From Thecamonas trahens ATCC 50062 (lineage: Eukaryota > Protista > Apusomonadida): a stretch of DNA of 64,000 nt. The notes beneath the pieces are model-generated. The model had not been told where the DNA came from and searched no databases. It was given only the letters and a program-made list of their open reading frames with translations. Location: NCBI RefSeq assembly GCF_000142905.1, contig NW_013657650.1, positions 62,001-126,000 of the forward strand, in the 5' to 3' direction. The translations under genes were made by a program, and so were the position numbers. Shown piece by piece: positions 1 through 9,867 of this stretch. Numbering within the stretch: position 1 is the first letter of the stretch; each line of letters opens with the position of its first letter.

Positions 1-274
1 ACCCCCCCCCCCCCCCCAACCCCATCTTCTCTCTCCCCCATATCTGATCTGCCGTGTATGTACGGCATCCATCGCCATCGCCACTCTCCGCCGCCGGCAC
101 CCTCCGCCCGCGCACCAATGGCCCCCGGTGCCACGAGGTCACAAGCCGATCGGCGGCATGCGCGGGCTCCGACAAAGCCCCTACCCCCGCCACTTACGCA
201 CAGTCCCCACTCGCCCACCGCCACACACACCTCACTTATCTACTTGACGCGTCAGCTGCTCCGCGCGAGGTTGC

Positions 275-2173
275 ATGCGTGCTGCACATGCCCTGAGAGT
301 ATGGCTCTCGTCGACTCGAGTCGGTCGTCGGGCGGCGGCCGGCAGAGTGGCCGCTGGGCTAGTGGAGACGGCAGCCGTGGCGGAGACGGCGCCAAGTGCT
401 GGGAAGGGGGTGAACGACCGGGCGACGGCGGCCGAATCGGACATGGCTCAAATGATGATGGCGGCCGAATCGGACATGGCTCAAATGATGATGGCGGCCG
501 AATCGGACATGGCTCAGATGATGACGGCGGCCGAATCGGACGTGGCTCAGATAACGACCGCGGCCGCGGGCGATGTTGTCCCGGTGGCGTCGGCGACTGG
601 TCGGTGGTACAGCAGGACAACTGCGATGCCTTTCCATGCGCGAACATCACCTCACCGTGGCACGGTCCTCTGCCGCTTCACCTCTTCGACTGCCGCCCGG
701 CCCCTGTCCACGCCTGAACTGGCTCTGCGATTAGCGGCTGCTCGCCCGCACGACTTTACTCTGCAGTACCCGATCCGGCGCGAGTACTTTCTCGACACGT
801 TTGTCCAGCAAGCACCGGCCCGCATCCGTAAGAGGCGGCACAATGGTGCGCGCTTGGTGGCGGCAGGCGCCGAGGCGCTCGAGAGCAGCATCGCAGAGAC
901 TGTGGCCGACTTGGCTGAGTCCCGGCCGCCGCTGCTGGTCTACGTCCACGTCCCATTCTGTGCATCAAAGTGCACGTACTGCAACTTTGCTGTCGACACG
1001 CGCCAAACGAGCACACTCCACGCAGCATACGTGCACGCGCTTGGACGTCAGATGGCTGCCCTCGAGGCCATGCTTCCTCCAGACAAGATCCTTGGCGGCA
1101 TTGACATCGGCGGCGGGACGCCGACGCTGCTCTCAACGTCACTTCTGCGTGAGCTCCTCGATCAGCTCGCGCCACTGCGGGCCCGAGTTGCACCGTCGTT
1201 GGAGCACCCTCTCTCAATCGAGACAACGCCGGCCATTGCGTCGGCCGAGCCTGACAAGATGGCAGCACTTGTGGCCGGCAGCGTCGACCGCATCTCTATG
1301 GGCCTACAGTCGTCGTCGGCGGCTGTTCTTCGCGATCTCAACCGCGAGGCCCAGGTCGATGCGCCAGCCCGTGCTGCAGACGCCATCCATGCTGCTGGCT
1401 TTAAGCGGTTCTCGGTCGACATCATTTTTGGTCTTCCGGACCAGACCATGGAGATGTGGATGGCCGACGTGGCCGCCGCCATCGCCCTCGCACCCGACGC
1501 CATCACCACCTACGACTGCCTCTATCGTGGCAAGGGCCGGGTCATGACTCGCCACACCGCCGCCGCCGCGCTGCCGTCGTGGCGCCGCCACTACGGGCCC
1601 ATGTACGATGCCGCCTACGATGCACTTGCCGCTGCTGGCTACGTCGCTCCATACGGTTCGGTCAACTACTCGCGCCAACCTGGCGAGACCGGCACCTCGG
1701 CGTACTTTGAGGCTCGCCTCCGCGATGGCGCCCCCTACATCGGCCTCGGCAATTACGCCTCGTCGCTTCTCGGCGGCCCGCTTGACACATGGGCCTTTGC
1801 CCCCTACACCGTCGACGGCTACCTCGCCGCCATTGACGCGGACAACCTCTTCCCCGCCGACTTTGCCTACGCTCTCCCCACTTCCGAGCTTGCGGCCAAG
1901 ACCGCGCTCCTCCAGCTCACTTTCGGCAGCGTCGACCTCACGCGGCTGGCTCGCTCGCTCGGCTGCGACGTCGACGCCGTCGCCGCCGAGCTCGGTCCGG
2001 GCATCGCTGCCGCGTGCGAGTCTGGCTGGCTCGCGCCGGCTGCTCCCGGCTCGAATGTCTTCTCCGTCCAGCACGGCGCGTTCGCCGCCATGCCCTCGGT
2101 CCGCGCTCTCTTCCACACCCGCGGTTCGCTGCAGTGGTACCAGGCGCAGCTCCGCGCAACGACGGCGCGATGA
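275..2173 (+). CDS. HemN/HemW-like (class C) radical SAM enzyme with a possible mitochondrial presequence
   Basis: YVHVPFCASKCTYCNF (CxxxCxxC), GGGTPT, RISMGLQS and DIIFGLPDQT motifs. The N-terminus is Arg/Ala-rich and acid-free. No intron seen. Confidence 0.88.
   Translation: MRAAHALRVWLSSTRVGRRAAAGRVAAGLVETAAVAETAPSAGKGVNDRATAAESDMAQMMMAAESDMAQMMMAAESDMAQMMTAAESDVAQITTAAAGDVVPVASATGRWYSRTTAMPFHARTSPHRGTVLCRFTSSTAARPLSTPELALRLAAARPHDFTLQYPIRREYFLDTFVQQAPARIRKRRHNGARLVAAGAEALESSIAETVADLAESRPPLLVYVHVPFCASKCTYCNFAVDTRQTSTLHAAYVHALGRQMAALEAMLPPDKILGGIDIGGGTPTLLSTSLLRELLDQLAPLRARVAPSLEHPLSIETTPAIASAEPDKMAALVAGSVDRISMGLQSSSAAVLRDLNREAQVDAPARAADAIHAAGFKRFSVDIIFGLPDQTMEMWMADVAAAIALAPDAITTYDCLYRGKGRVMTRHTAAAALPSWRRHYGPMYDAAYDALAAAGYVAPYGSVNYSRQPGETGTSAYFEARLRDGAPYIGLGNYASSLLGGPLDTWAFAPYTVDGYLAAIDADNLFPADFAYALPTSELAAKTALLQLTFGSVDLTRLARSLGCDVDAVAAELGPGIAAACESGWLAPAAPGSNVFSVQHGAFAAMPSVRALFHTRGSLQWYQAQLRATTAR
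427..558 (+). repeat. 33-bp coding tandem repeat, ~4 copies (AAESDMAQMMM)
   Basis: GGCGGCCGAATCGGACATGGCTCAAATGATGAT repeated, with later copies more divergent. Confidence 0.9.
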
Positions 2174-2187
2174 AGCTGGAGGCGGAT

Positions 2188-4653
2188 TTACGCGCTGGCG
2201 CCGTCGGCAAAGTTGGCGGCAAACGAGGCTGCGCGGGCATAGGACCCGCCCGCGACATGCGGTGTGGTGGCGGTCGACGAGCTTGCCGATGCGGCCGGCG
2301 ACGAAGACGAAGACGACGGCGCGACGGCCACCCGCGAGATGTGAACCTGCTCGTAGAAGAGGACGTAGACGCCCTCGGGCGAGATGTTGGCCTGCGGCGC
2401 AAACGAGACCTTGTCGTCGTCAAACGTGGCCCACACGTCGTTGTTCATCCGGACGTGGGTGATGTAGTGGCCCTTGTGTGCCGTCCGGCCAAGGTGCTCC
2501 ACGGCGGCAGTAAGCCTGTACTCGCGCGAGATGAGTGACGACTTGAGGCTCTCGGAGCAGAGGTTCTTGGGAATGGTGAGCTCGTGCTCAAACTTGATCG
2601 GCCGCACAATCTTGATCGGCCCGCCGGCCTTGTTGTAGGTAAACCGCTTGAGCGAGAAAATGAGAATGGGCGGGAGAGTGTGGAACGAGGTATCATTCGT
2701 GACCCGCGTCTCACGGCCAGTCCGCTTGTCGACGTAACCCTCGATGAGCTCCGAGCCGGCAAACGAGGCGAGGCAGTCGCGGACAGAGTCGTGGTCGGCG
2801 ACGTAGAGCTGGACCGTCCAAAATGGTTGGAGCGTGACGAGCGACGCTTGGCCGCCACCGGACCGGGTAGACTTGGTTGTTCCGGCAAAGAGCTGCGAGA
2901 TGAGGGTGATGTCGCGGCTGGCGGTCCGGGAGACCTCGGCCGCCCGGCCGCCCTTGCTCACCTCGGACCATCCGTCGCCGTCGTCCGACGTATCCGCCAG
3001 CCCACCAGCAAGGAGGAACTCCTCGTGGAGCGAGTGCAGGACAAAGGTGAGCCACTCCTGTGCGTCATGCTGGTGCGTCACGGTCGAGCCGGCCATGTCT
3101 CCGGCATACTTGGCAACAAACAGGCTCACCGCGTCACGAACGTATTCCGGGTTGAACGCCTCGGCGACCTCAAACTGGACTGCGGTCGAGCTTGCCGCTT
3201 CGCCGACTCGGGCGGTCGCGCCTGCTGCACCCTCGGCGCCTGCCGAGCTGCCGTCGCTGGCGGGTGCCGAGCCAGGCACGCCACCACGCCCGCGGCGCCT
3301 GCCCCTGGACTTGGCCTTGCGCTGCCGCGCCGTTGAGACCGCCACCGTTGTTGACGACTCCTTGCACAACATGTCAGCGTCGAGCGAGAGGAGCATGTAG
3401 ATGATGGGCGTCGATTCCCATTCAACGATGTCGTACGCCGGGTAGAGCTGGTGGACGAGGTCGTAGAACATCGGCATGCCCATCAGCGCCTGCAGCATCG
3501 AGTGCGCGTAGCAAAAGTTGTCGGTGTTGATCATTCCGCTCCAGACCTTGCGGGTGACGGACAGGTACTGAGTGTGCAGTTTGGCGGAGTGGATGAGCTC
3601 GCGGAGCCTCGGAATGAGCGCCCGCACCTCGACGCCCGGCACCAGCGACGACGCCGCCTGCACCCGCGCCCCGGCAGTCGCTGCGTTCTTGTGAGCTGCC
3701 GCCGACGACGCTGCTGTCACCGACGCCGCTGTCGCCGCCGGCTTGATGCCGCCTGCCGCCACCTGCGACCACGCCTTGGGTGCACCCTTGCTCCACGCCG
3801 AGTTGGCGAGACCCGAGCGAACGGTACTCGGGCCCGGGCGCGCCTTGCCGCTCGCGTCTGCCTTGGCAGAATTGCTTTGCGCGCCGTCAGGCTCTGCCTC
3901 ACCGGCCTCGGCGGCGGTGGCCTGCGCTGCGGCCTGTGCTGCTGCCGCCACTGCTGCCTGTGCGTTTTCGGCATCTCTGGCTGCCTGCGCTTGTGCTTGC
4001 GCCTGTGCTTGTGCATGCGCCTGCGCCTGTGCCTGTTGCGCTTGTGCCTGCGCCTGCGCCTGAGCGTGCGCCTGCGCCTGCGCCTGCGCCATCTGGAACT
4101 GATGCTGTTGCATGCGGCGATGGTGGATGTTGGGGTTCATGCCATACGCAGGCATGCCCGAGTACATGGGGCCGGGCATTCCCATGCCTGGCACCATGCC
4201 GGCGGCGCCATGCATGCCCAGCACGCCGGGCATTCCCATGGCGGCGGCCAGTGGCTGCATCGACGCAGCGGCCATGCCCGGCATGCTCGGAATGGCCCAG
4301 AGCTCTCCACCTCCAGCATTGGGTGATCCGAGCGGACTTGCCATCGAGCCGTGATGGGCAACAGCAGGCGGCGAGCCGGCCATGCCATGGCCTGCCTGAG
4401 CAGCGGCGGGCGGCATGCCAGTGGCAGCAAAGTTGATCATGCCCCCAGCAGCGGGCGAATTTGCCATTGCCATCCCACCGACAGCGGTGCCACCGTTGTG
4501 CGCAGGTGCCTGCCGGCCGCCTCCACCACTTGCACCAGCCATAGGCGGTGTGCCGTCGCGCGGATAGCAGGCCACCGCAGGGCCGACCTTGCCCACCGAC
4601 GACGAGTCCGGCTCCTGTGCACAGGTAAAGGACGCCAAGAATACCGTCGACAT
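2188..4653 (-). CDS. Ubiquitin-specific protease (peptidase C19), USP10/Ubp3-like
   Basis: Cys box GMINTDNFCYAHSMLQAL, QHDAQEWL, His box YRLTAAVEHLGRTAHKGHY and FDDDKV. Low-complexity M/G/P and AQ-repeat N-terminus. Confidence 0.9.
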   Translation of the reverse strand: MSTVFLASFTCAQEPDSSSVGKVGPAVACYPRDGTPPMAGASGGGGRQAPAHNGGTAVGGMAMANSPAAGGMINFAATGMPPAAAQAGHGMAGSPPAVAHHGSMASPLGSPNAGGGELWAIPSMPGMAAASMQPLAAAMGMPGVLGMHGAAGMVPGMGMPGPMYSGMPAYGMNPNIHHRRMQQHQFQMAQAQAQAHAQAQAQAQAQQAQAQAHAQAQAQAQAQAARDAENAQAAVAAAAQAAAQATAAEAGEAEPDGAQSNSAKADASGKARPGPSTVRSGLANSAWSKGAPKAWSQVAAGGIKPAATAASVTAASSAAAHKNAATAGARVQAASSLVPGVEVRALIPRLRELIHSAKLHTQYLSVTRKVWSGMINTDNFCYAHSMLQALMGMPMFYDLVHQLYPAYDIVEWESTPIIYMLLSLDADMLCKESSTTVAVSTARQRKAKSRGRRRGRGGVPGSAPASDGSSAGAEGAAGATARVGEAASSTAVQFEVAEAFNPEYVRDAVSLFVAKYAGDMAGSTVTHQHDAQEWLTFVLHSLHEEFLLAGGLADTSDDGDGWSEVSKGGRAAEVSRTASRDITLISQLFAGTTKSTRSGGGQASLVTLQPFWTVQLYVADHDSVRDCLASFAGSELIEGYVDKRTGRETRVTNDTSFHTLPPILIFSLKRFTYNKAGGPIKIVRPIKFEHELTIPKNLCSESLKSSLISREYRLTAAVEHLGRTAHKGHYITHVRMNNDVWATFDDDKVSFAPQANISPEGVYVLFYEQVHISRVAVAPSSSSSSPAASASSSTATTPHVAGGSYARAASFAANFADGASA

Positions 4654-4810
4654 ACTTGCTCACCTCTTTGTGTTTCGTGTCAGTGAGTGAATGGGCACGT
4701 GGTGCGTCAAGTGTGGTGAGGAGGGGAAGGGGGGAGGGGGGGAGGAGGGGAAGGGGGGAGGAGGGGGAGGGGGGAGGAGGGGGATCCTCTTCTTCCACCC
4801 ACCCAACCAT

Positions 4811-4965
4811 TAATCCCCCATCCATTAATCATACCCCAGACCACCCACCCACCCATCAATTAATCCCCCATCCATTAATCATACCCCAGACCACCCACCC
4901 ACCCATCAATTAATCCCCCATCCATTAATCATACCCCAGACCACCCACCCACCCATCAATTAATC
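4811..4965. repeat. 50-bp perfect tandem repeat, 3 copies, between divergent genes
   Basis: TAATCCCCCATCCATTAATCATACCCCAGACCACCCACCCACCCATCAAT starts at 4811, 4861 and 4911. Confidence 0.95.
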
Positions 4966-5087
4966 ATAGCCGCCCTCCGTGTCCGTTTGCGAAGCCACCC
5001 CTCTCCCCCCCCCCCCCCGCCCTCCCCCCTTCCCCCCCTCCCCTCCCCCCACCCGGATACCCCCCCCCCCCCTCCACATACCTCTCG

Positions 5088-7016
5088 ATGAGCAACCAGT
5101 CGCAGCCGTGGCGGCAGCGTGCGCAGGGGATCCTCCCGGGCGGAGGACAGAACGAGAGCGGGTACGAGAGCGAGCTGCGTGCCTACGAGGCTGGGAAGGC
5201 CAACTCGATGAGCCACGAGATTGGTCGCCATCGCCGGGCCGTTGCTGCCATCCGCCCTGCAGGCACTGCTCCCCGTGCCGACAGCAACTTTGATACTCGC
5301 CTCTCCAACCCATCGGCTGCCCGTTCTTCCCGCCGCTCGCGCCCGGACCACCCCGCCAATCGCTCGTCTATCAACGAGCACATCATGCCCGAGTCGGTGC
5401 CCGAGTCCGATGCCACCCGCGCACGCGCCACCGCAACCTCACTCTCTTCAGATCCCACGCGCCTCAATACTGTCTCGGCTTCATCTGGCTCGACTCCCGG
5501 CCGCTCGCCGTACACGCCTTCAGGCGCTGTCACGGATCGCTCACACTACTCGGGCGGCGGCGGTGCGGCTCAGCGGACGTCCGACGACTCGCCCTTTGGC
5601 CGCCCGTCTATGCGCGGTCGCCTGACCCAGGAGTACGAGGCCCGCCGCCGGGCCATTGCTGACCGCCGTGTCCGCGCCTCGAACCCGTCGTCCATCGGCC
5701 TCACCGCAAACTCGTCGCGTGCCTCGTTCAACATCATCTCCAACGTCCCGGCCGGCGCCCACGAGCTTCCGCGTGACGAGCCGCACGCGTCCGAGCGTGC
5801 TACGTCGAACCACTCGCGCTACAGCTACGACATCCTCAGCGGGCGCGACCGGTCGACCGACCCGAACGCGCCGCTCGATCCGCGCGTCCGCCGCGCCGAG
5901 CTCGAGCACGGCCGCGAGAACAAGGTCACGCCCAACTCGCGCCGCCGCATCGCCGAGCCGCGCGCCGAGCGAACGTCAGGCAACATCCTCGCCTATGACG
6001 GTGGCTCACCCGACGAGCGCGCAACCGCCGCCCGCGAGCACGCCCGTCTCGCCGCCCGCCAGCGGGTCGTCGGCTCGCACCACCACCGCTCGTCCTCGGA
6101 CGGCTACGCCTACAACATCATCGCCCAGTCGTCCGACCTCGACCACGTCGACCGCAAGACCTACGTTTATGGTGACGGCGGCGGCCGCCTCCACGCCAAG
6201 AGCCAGATGCACAGTGGCTCGTCCACCGCTCGCGCTCGTGTCGACCACCTCGACGAGCTCTACCACAACCGTGAGCCGCTGTACCCGGACCGCCCGCGCG
6301 GCAAGCGCCGCGTCGGCACTGGCCACGGGAACGGCGAGCAGGTCAAGAATGCCCTCACCACAGACTCGCGGCGAACAGACGCCCCGCCCGACGACCCGCT
6401 CATCGCCGCAGACACCGGCCGCACCATGCACCATAAGCCAGCTCACACGCTCCGCCACAACCGCGACGTCGACCACATGTGGTACACCCGCCCGGACCCG
6501 TCGCCGCCGGCTCGCCGCCACAAGATCATGCCCGACAACGCACCCAACGTCGACTCGGTCTCCAAGGACCTGCCCTGGCTCACAGGCGCCGAGCGCCGCG
6601 CATACGACGCCCAGCGCCGCCGCGACGAGTCCGCCGCAGGCTCGCCGCGCCGCCGCGGACGCAAGCTCGTTGCAGAGCCCGACCACATGTACGCCGTCCT
6701 CCACGGCGAGCGCAACCCGCGCCGCCATGACCCTGCAACTGGCAGCTACGAGCCACACCCGCCGCCCCGCGCAGGCTACGACGACGCCTCGTCACCGCGA
6801 CGCCCTGCCCGCCGCCCCGCAGACACCCTCGACTCGATCGGCTCCGTCCTCGCCGCCCCGCCACCCGGTCCGCCCTCCTCCTACGAGGAGCGCTTCCGCC
6901 AGACCCGCGAGCAGGAGGAGTCCGCCGCTCGCACCCGACGCGACCGCTCCAAGGCGTCGGGCGCGCCCCCCTGGGCTGCTCCCGGCGGCAAAAACTCGCC
7001 GCGCCGTCGCTGGTAG
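5088..7016 (+). CDS. Hypothetical disordered Arg/Ser/His-rich protein with repeated [FY]NII/YDIL short motifs
   Basis: 642-aa ORF with strong C-ending codon bias. Motifs SFNIISN, SYDILSG, SGNILAY, AYNIIAQ and C-terminal APPWA. Confidence 0.75.
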   Translation: MSNQSQPWRQRAQGILPGGGQNESGYESELRAYEAGKANSMSHEIGRHRRAVAAIRPAGTAPRADSNFDTRLSNPSAARSSRRSRPDHPANRSSINEHIMPESVPESDATRARATATSLSSDPTRLNTVSASSGSTPGRSPYTPSGAVTDRSHYSGGGGAAQRTSDDSPFGRPSMRGRLTQEYEARRRAIADRRVRASNPSSIGLTANSSRASFNIISNVPAGAHELPRDEPHASERATSNHSRYSYDILSGRDRSTDPNAPLDPRVRRAELEHGRENKVTPNSRRRIAEPRAERTSGNILAYDGGSPDERATAAREHARLAARQRVVGSHHHRSSSDGYAYNIIAQSSDLDHVDRKTYVYGDGGGRLHAKSQMHSGSSTARARVDHLDELYHNREPLYPDRPRGKRRVGTGHGNGEQVKNALTTDSRRTDAPPDDPLIAADTGRTMHHKPAHTLRHNRDVDHMWYTRPDPSPPARRHKIMPDNAPNVDSVSKDLPWLTGAERRAYDAQRRRDESAAGSPRRRGRKLVAEPDHMYAVLHGERNPRRHDPATGSYEPHPPPRAGYDDASSPRRPARRPADTLDSIGSVLAAPPPGPPSSYEERFRQTREQEESAARTRRDRSKASGAPPWAAPGGKNSPRRRW

Positions 7017-7063
7017 CGCCATCGCCATCGCCGGTAACACAACAAGCCACATCTTGTCACTCG

Positions 7064-7819
7064 TCACGCCGACGATGCCGACGACGACGACGAGAACGGG
7101 TCGTCCTCGTCGTCGGCCGACGAGATTGACGCAGAGTACACCCCGCCATCACCGCCGCCGCCGTCGTCCACCCGCCCGAGCGACGGCGAATGGAGCCGCG
7201 GATCGGTGAGCGGCTCGCCAACAGGCGCCGCGTCGGCATCGCGGCCATCAGGCGCGTATTCGAGATACAGCACCACCGAGCTGTGCCGTCCGCGCCGAGC
7301 CAGATCTCGCGGCGACCGCCCATGGCGGTCGGTGGCGGCAACGTCGGCGCCGGCATCCGCCAGCAGCCGGACCACCTCCAGCTCGCCGTACTTTGCCGCA
7401 CCGTGGAGTGGGGTAAAGCCGGCCGAGGTGAGCGCATGCAGCCGTGCGCCGTGGCGGATGAGCCACTTGACGCACTTTGTCGATCCGTTCACCGCAGCCA
7501 GATACAGCGGTCCGTAGCCCTCATCGTCTTGATGTTCCATAAGCTCTGGCGAGGCTCTCAATATCTTTTTCATGCGAACTACAAAATCTTTTTGGCATGC
7601 CCGGTGCAATCGCTTCATCACTTTCTCCTCCACTCCCTCCACATGCCACAGCCGAGGCTCCGGCCGCTTCAGCTGGTACGCCAAGTCCGTCTGGTCCGTC
7701 CACGACGGACCTCCTCCTCCTCCTCCTCCTCTTCCGCCTGCAAACGCCCCTGCCCCCAACGTGTACCCCGCGGGCGGAGTTGGCGGTGACCGCATGGCCT
7801 GGTCTGGGTACAAGCTCAT
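7064..7819 (-). CDS. Ankyrin repeat protein (~3 repeats)
   Basis: GYGPLYLAAVNG, GFTPLHGAAKYG and GRSPRDLA repeats. Start at MSLYPDQ (7819) is a best guess because the ORF extends to 7951. Confidence 0.85.
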   Translation of the reverse strand: MSLYPDQAMRSPPTPPAGYTLGAGAFAGGRGGGGGGGPSWTDQTDLAYQLKRPEPRLWHVEGVEEKVMKRLHRACQKDFVVRMKKILRASPELMEHQDDEGYGPLYLAAVNGSTKCVKWLIRHGARLHALTSAGFTPLHGAAKYGELEVVRLLADAGADVAATDRHGRSPRDLARRGRHSSVVLYLEYAPDGRDADAAPVGEPLTDPRLHSPSLGRVDDGGGGDGGVYSASISSADDEDDPFSSSSSASSA

Positions 7820-8545
7820 GTGCAAGTGCGACAAGTGCGTGCCCGGCTTCCCCACCCCCCCCCCCCTGTTGCTGCCTTTGATCACGATCGCGATCGTGAT
7901 CGCGATCGTCGCCCATGGCACCGGGCACTCAACCGTACCGCAACGCATCACCAGCTGCCACCGGTTGACATCGCATATGGTTGTGGCATTACTACAAACC
8001 GTCAGAAGGTAGTCGGGAGGAAGACAAGATGTGGTAGCAACCGTTTTTTACTTTGATCTCTTTGTCGGCAAGTCATCGCGGCGGATGGAAGGTACGCGTA
8101 CGCCGCCACATGTGTGATCATTATCAGTTCTCGCTGGGCGTACTCTAGCATGTGGATCACACTCTAACGATAGAATGTACATGTGGCCAAGAGATGGATA
8201 AACGTAAACAGGATGTTGCACTTGTTATGTCCATGTAACTGATGCTCGAAAAGAGTATTTCTGTAGCGCGTACGAGCCCTTTATCCCGCACACACCAGAT
8301 CATCCCTGTCTGCCAGGTGTCAGTACCCCTTTTTTTGCTCACTCTTTTGCACCTCCCCCTTCAGGGGACGGGGCTGGTGTTGGTGATGGATGGGGGAGGG
8401 GCTGGTGATGGTGTTCGATGGGGAGGGGTTGGTGATGGTGAGGGATGGGGGAGGGGCTGGTGATGGTGTTCGATGGGGAGGCTGTGGCTTGAGCCACCAA
8501 AACAGCATTTCGCGACCTTTTCCTGGTGTTTGGCGCAACGCGGAG

Positions 8546-8623
8546 GAAGGCGCGACCTTCTTGTGCAACTCCATGCGTGTACGGTACAACAGTGCCTGGC
8601 AAGGCATGGTGCTATCCACATGG
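8546..8623 (+). repeat. Direct repeat copy 1 (pairs with 9771-9848)
   Basis: Core TCCATGCGTGTACG(G/T)TACAACAGTGCCTGGCAAGGCA(T/C)GGTGCTATC(C/T)ACATGG is found twice, 1225 bp apart. Confidence 0.9.
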
Positions 8624-8747
8624 AACTGTCCCCCCGCCTCGTGCCCATCCCTCTCCGATGTGCTCCTTCGGTGCCGCAGTCTGCCTCTCCTTCCGAGCGC
8701 GCGTGCGTCGGAAAACGATCACACAGGTTGATCAAGCCCACCATGCC

Positions 8748-9503
8748 CTACTCACGGTCACACGCACCAGACGAGCTCTCGGACATAGGGATCGCACCAC
8801 TCCCTTCAGAGCTCGTGCTGCTGCCCTCCAAGGTCGTCCGCTTCCGCGAGCTGCTGGTGTCGTTGGTGGCCATCGTCACGGGCGTGATGCCCGCGCTAGC
8901 AAGTTGGATCCTCAGCTCGCGAATGGTACGCTCCCGCTCGCGAATGGTGTCCGCAGCCTCCGTCGCCTGCTTTGCAATGGTGCTCGCCTGCTTTGCAATG
9001 GTGCTCGCCTGCTTCGCAATGGTGCTCGCCTGCTTCGCAATGGTGCCCTCCAAGGCATCGATCCGCTTCGTCAGCACCTTCAACAACACCTGGTTCGTCT
9101 CCGATTCGGATGCTGCCATGGCTCCTATCGAGTCAAGTATATCGCCACTTCCACCACCGCCGGCTCTCCGCCACTCTGCCCGTGCCACTCGCCGCAGCAT
9201 GCGCTCCCCTACGCCGCGACGCGTCCGCCATCGCCGCCGCCGCCGCTCCGAGCCACCCCGCCGGCATCTGCGTCCGCGTCGTTCGCCAGCCTTTCCCTCC
9301 TCGCCCTTCTCCTCGCCTTTCCCATCCAGCTCTGTCCGCTCTGCCTCTTCTCCCACGCCATCGGCCACCAACCCGAGCACCACCACCGCATCGTCGTCTT
9401 GCTTGCCGTCCCTGTCGGTCCGCATCTCGCTGCCACGGTCACCGTTGTCGCCCGCCACCGCCTCTGACCTGCACCCCTTCCCCGGCCCTTCCACCGAGGT
9501 CAT
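8748..9503 (-). CDS. Hypothetical coiled-coil protein with AKQASTI heptad repeats
   Basis: ORF contains RIDALEGTI(AKQASTI)x3 AKQATE...RELRIQL, encoded by a 21-bp repeat at about 8965-9045. Start codon uncertain. Confidence 0.5.
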   Translation of the reverse strand: MTSVEGPGKGCRSEAVAGDNGDRGSEMRTDRDGKQDDDAVVVLGLVADGVGEEAERTELDGKGEEKGEEGKAGERRGRRCRRGGSERRRRRWRTRRGVGERMLRRVARAEWRRAGGGGSGDILDSIGAMAASESETNQVLLKVLTKRIDALEGTIAKQASTIAKQASTIAKQASTIAKQATEAADTIRERERTIRELRIQLASAGITPVTMATNDTSSSRKRTTLEGSSTSSEGSGAIPMSESSSGACDRE

Positions 9504-9554
9504 AACCGCCCCAGCCAATGGAGTATGTATTGCAGGGCGGATGAGGTGTGTGCG

Positions 9555-9603
<49 letters not shown>
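9555..9603. repeat. (TA)n(TG)n compound microsatellite
   Basis: Seen directly in the sequence. Confidence 0.95.
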
Positions 9604-9605
<2 letters not shown>

Positions 9606-9770
9606 ATGTGGATGTGGGCGACGCGTGGTCGGCCCAGAACGAACAGCCGCATGCTGACCAACAACCGGTGCAGGTGCAGCCAGCTGGTGATTGATCGAAT
9701 GAAACGGGTTGGGCGACGGGCTGACCAGGTGGTGATCGATGGGCTTGAGCTGGTGGTGGTGACCGATGGG

Positions 9771-9848
9771 GAGGGCGCTATTTTTCTTTGTAGGTCCATG
9801 CGTGTACGTTACAACAGTGCCTGGCAAGGCACGGTGCTATCTACATGG
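9771..9848 (+). repeat. Direct repeat copy 2 (pairs with 8546-8623)
   Basis: See copy 1. Confidence 0.9.
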
Positions 9849-9867
9849 CGCTGACCCCCATATCCTG

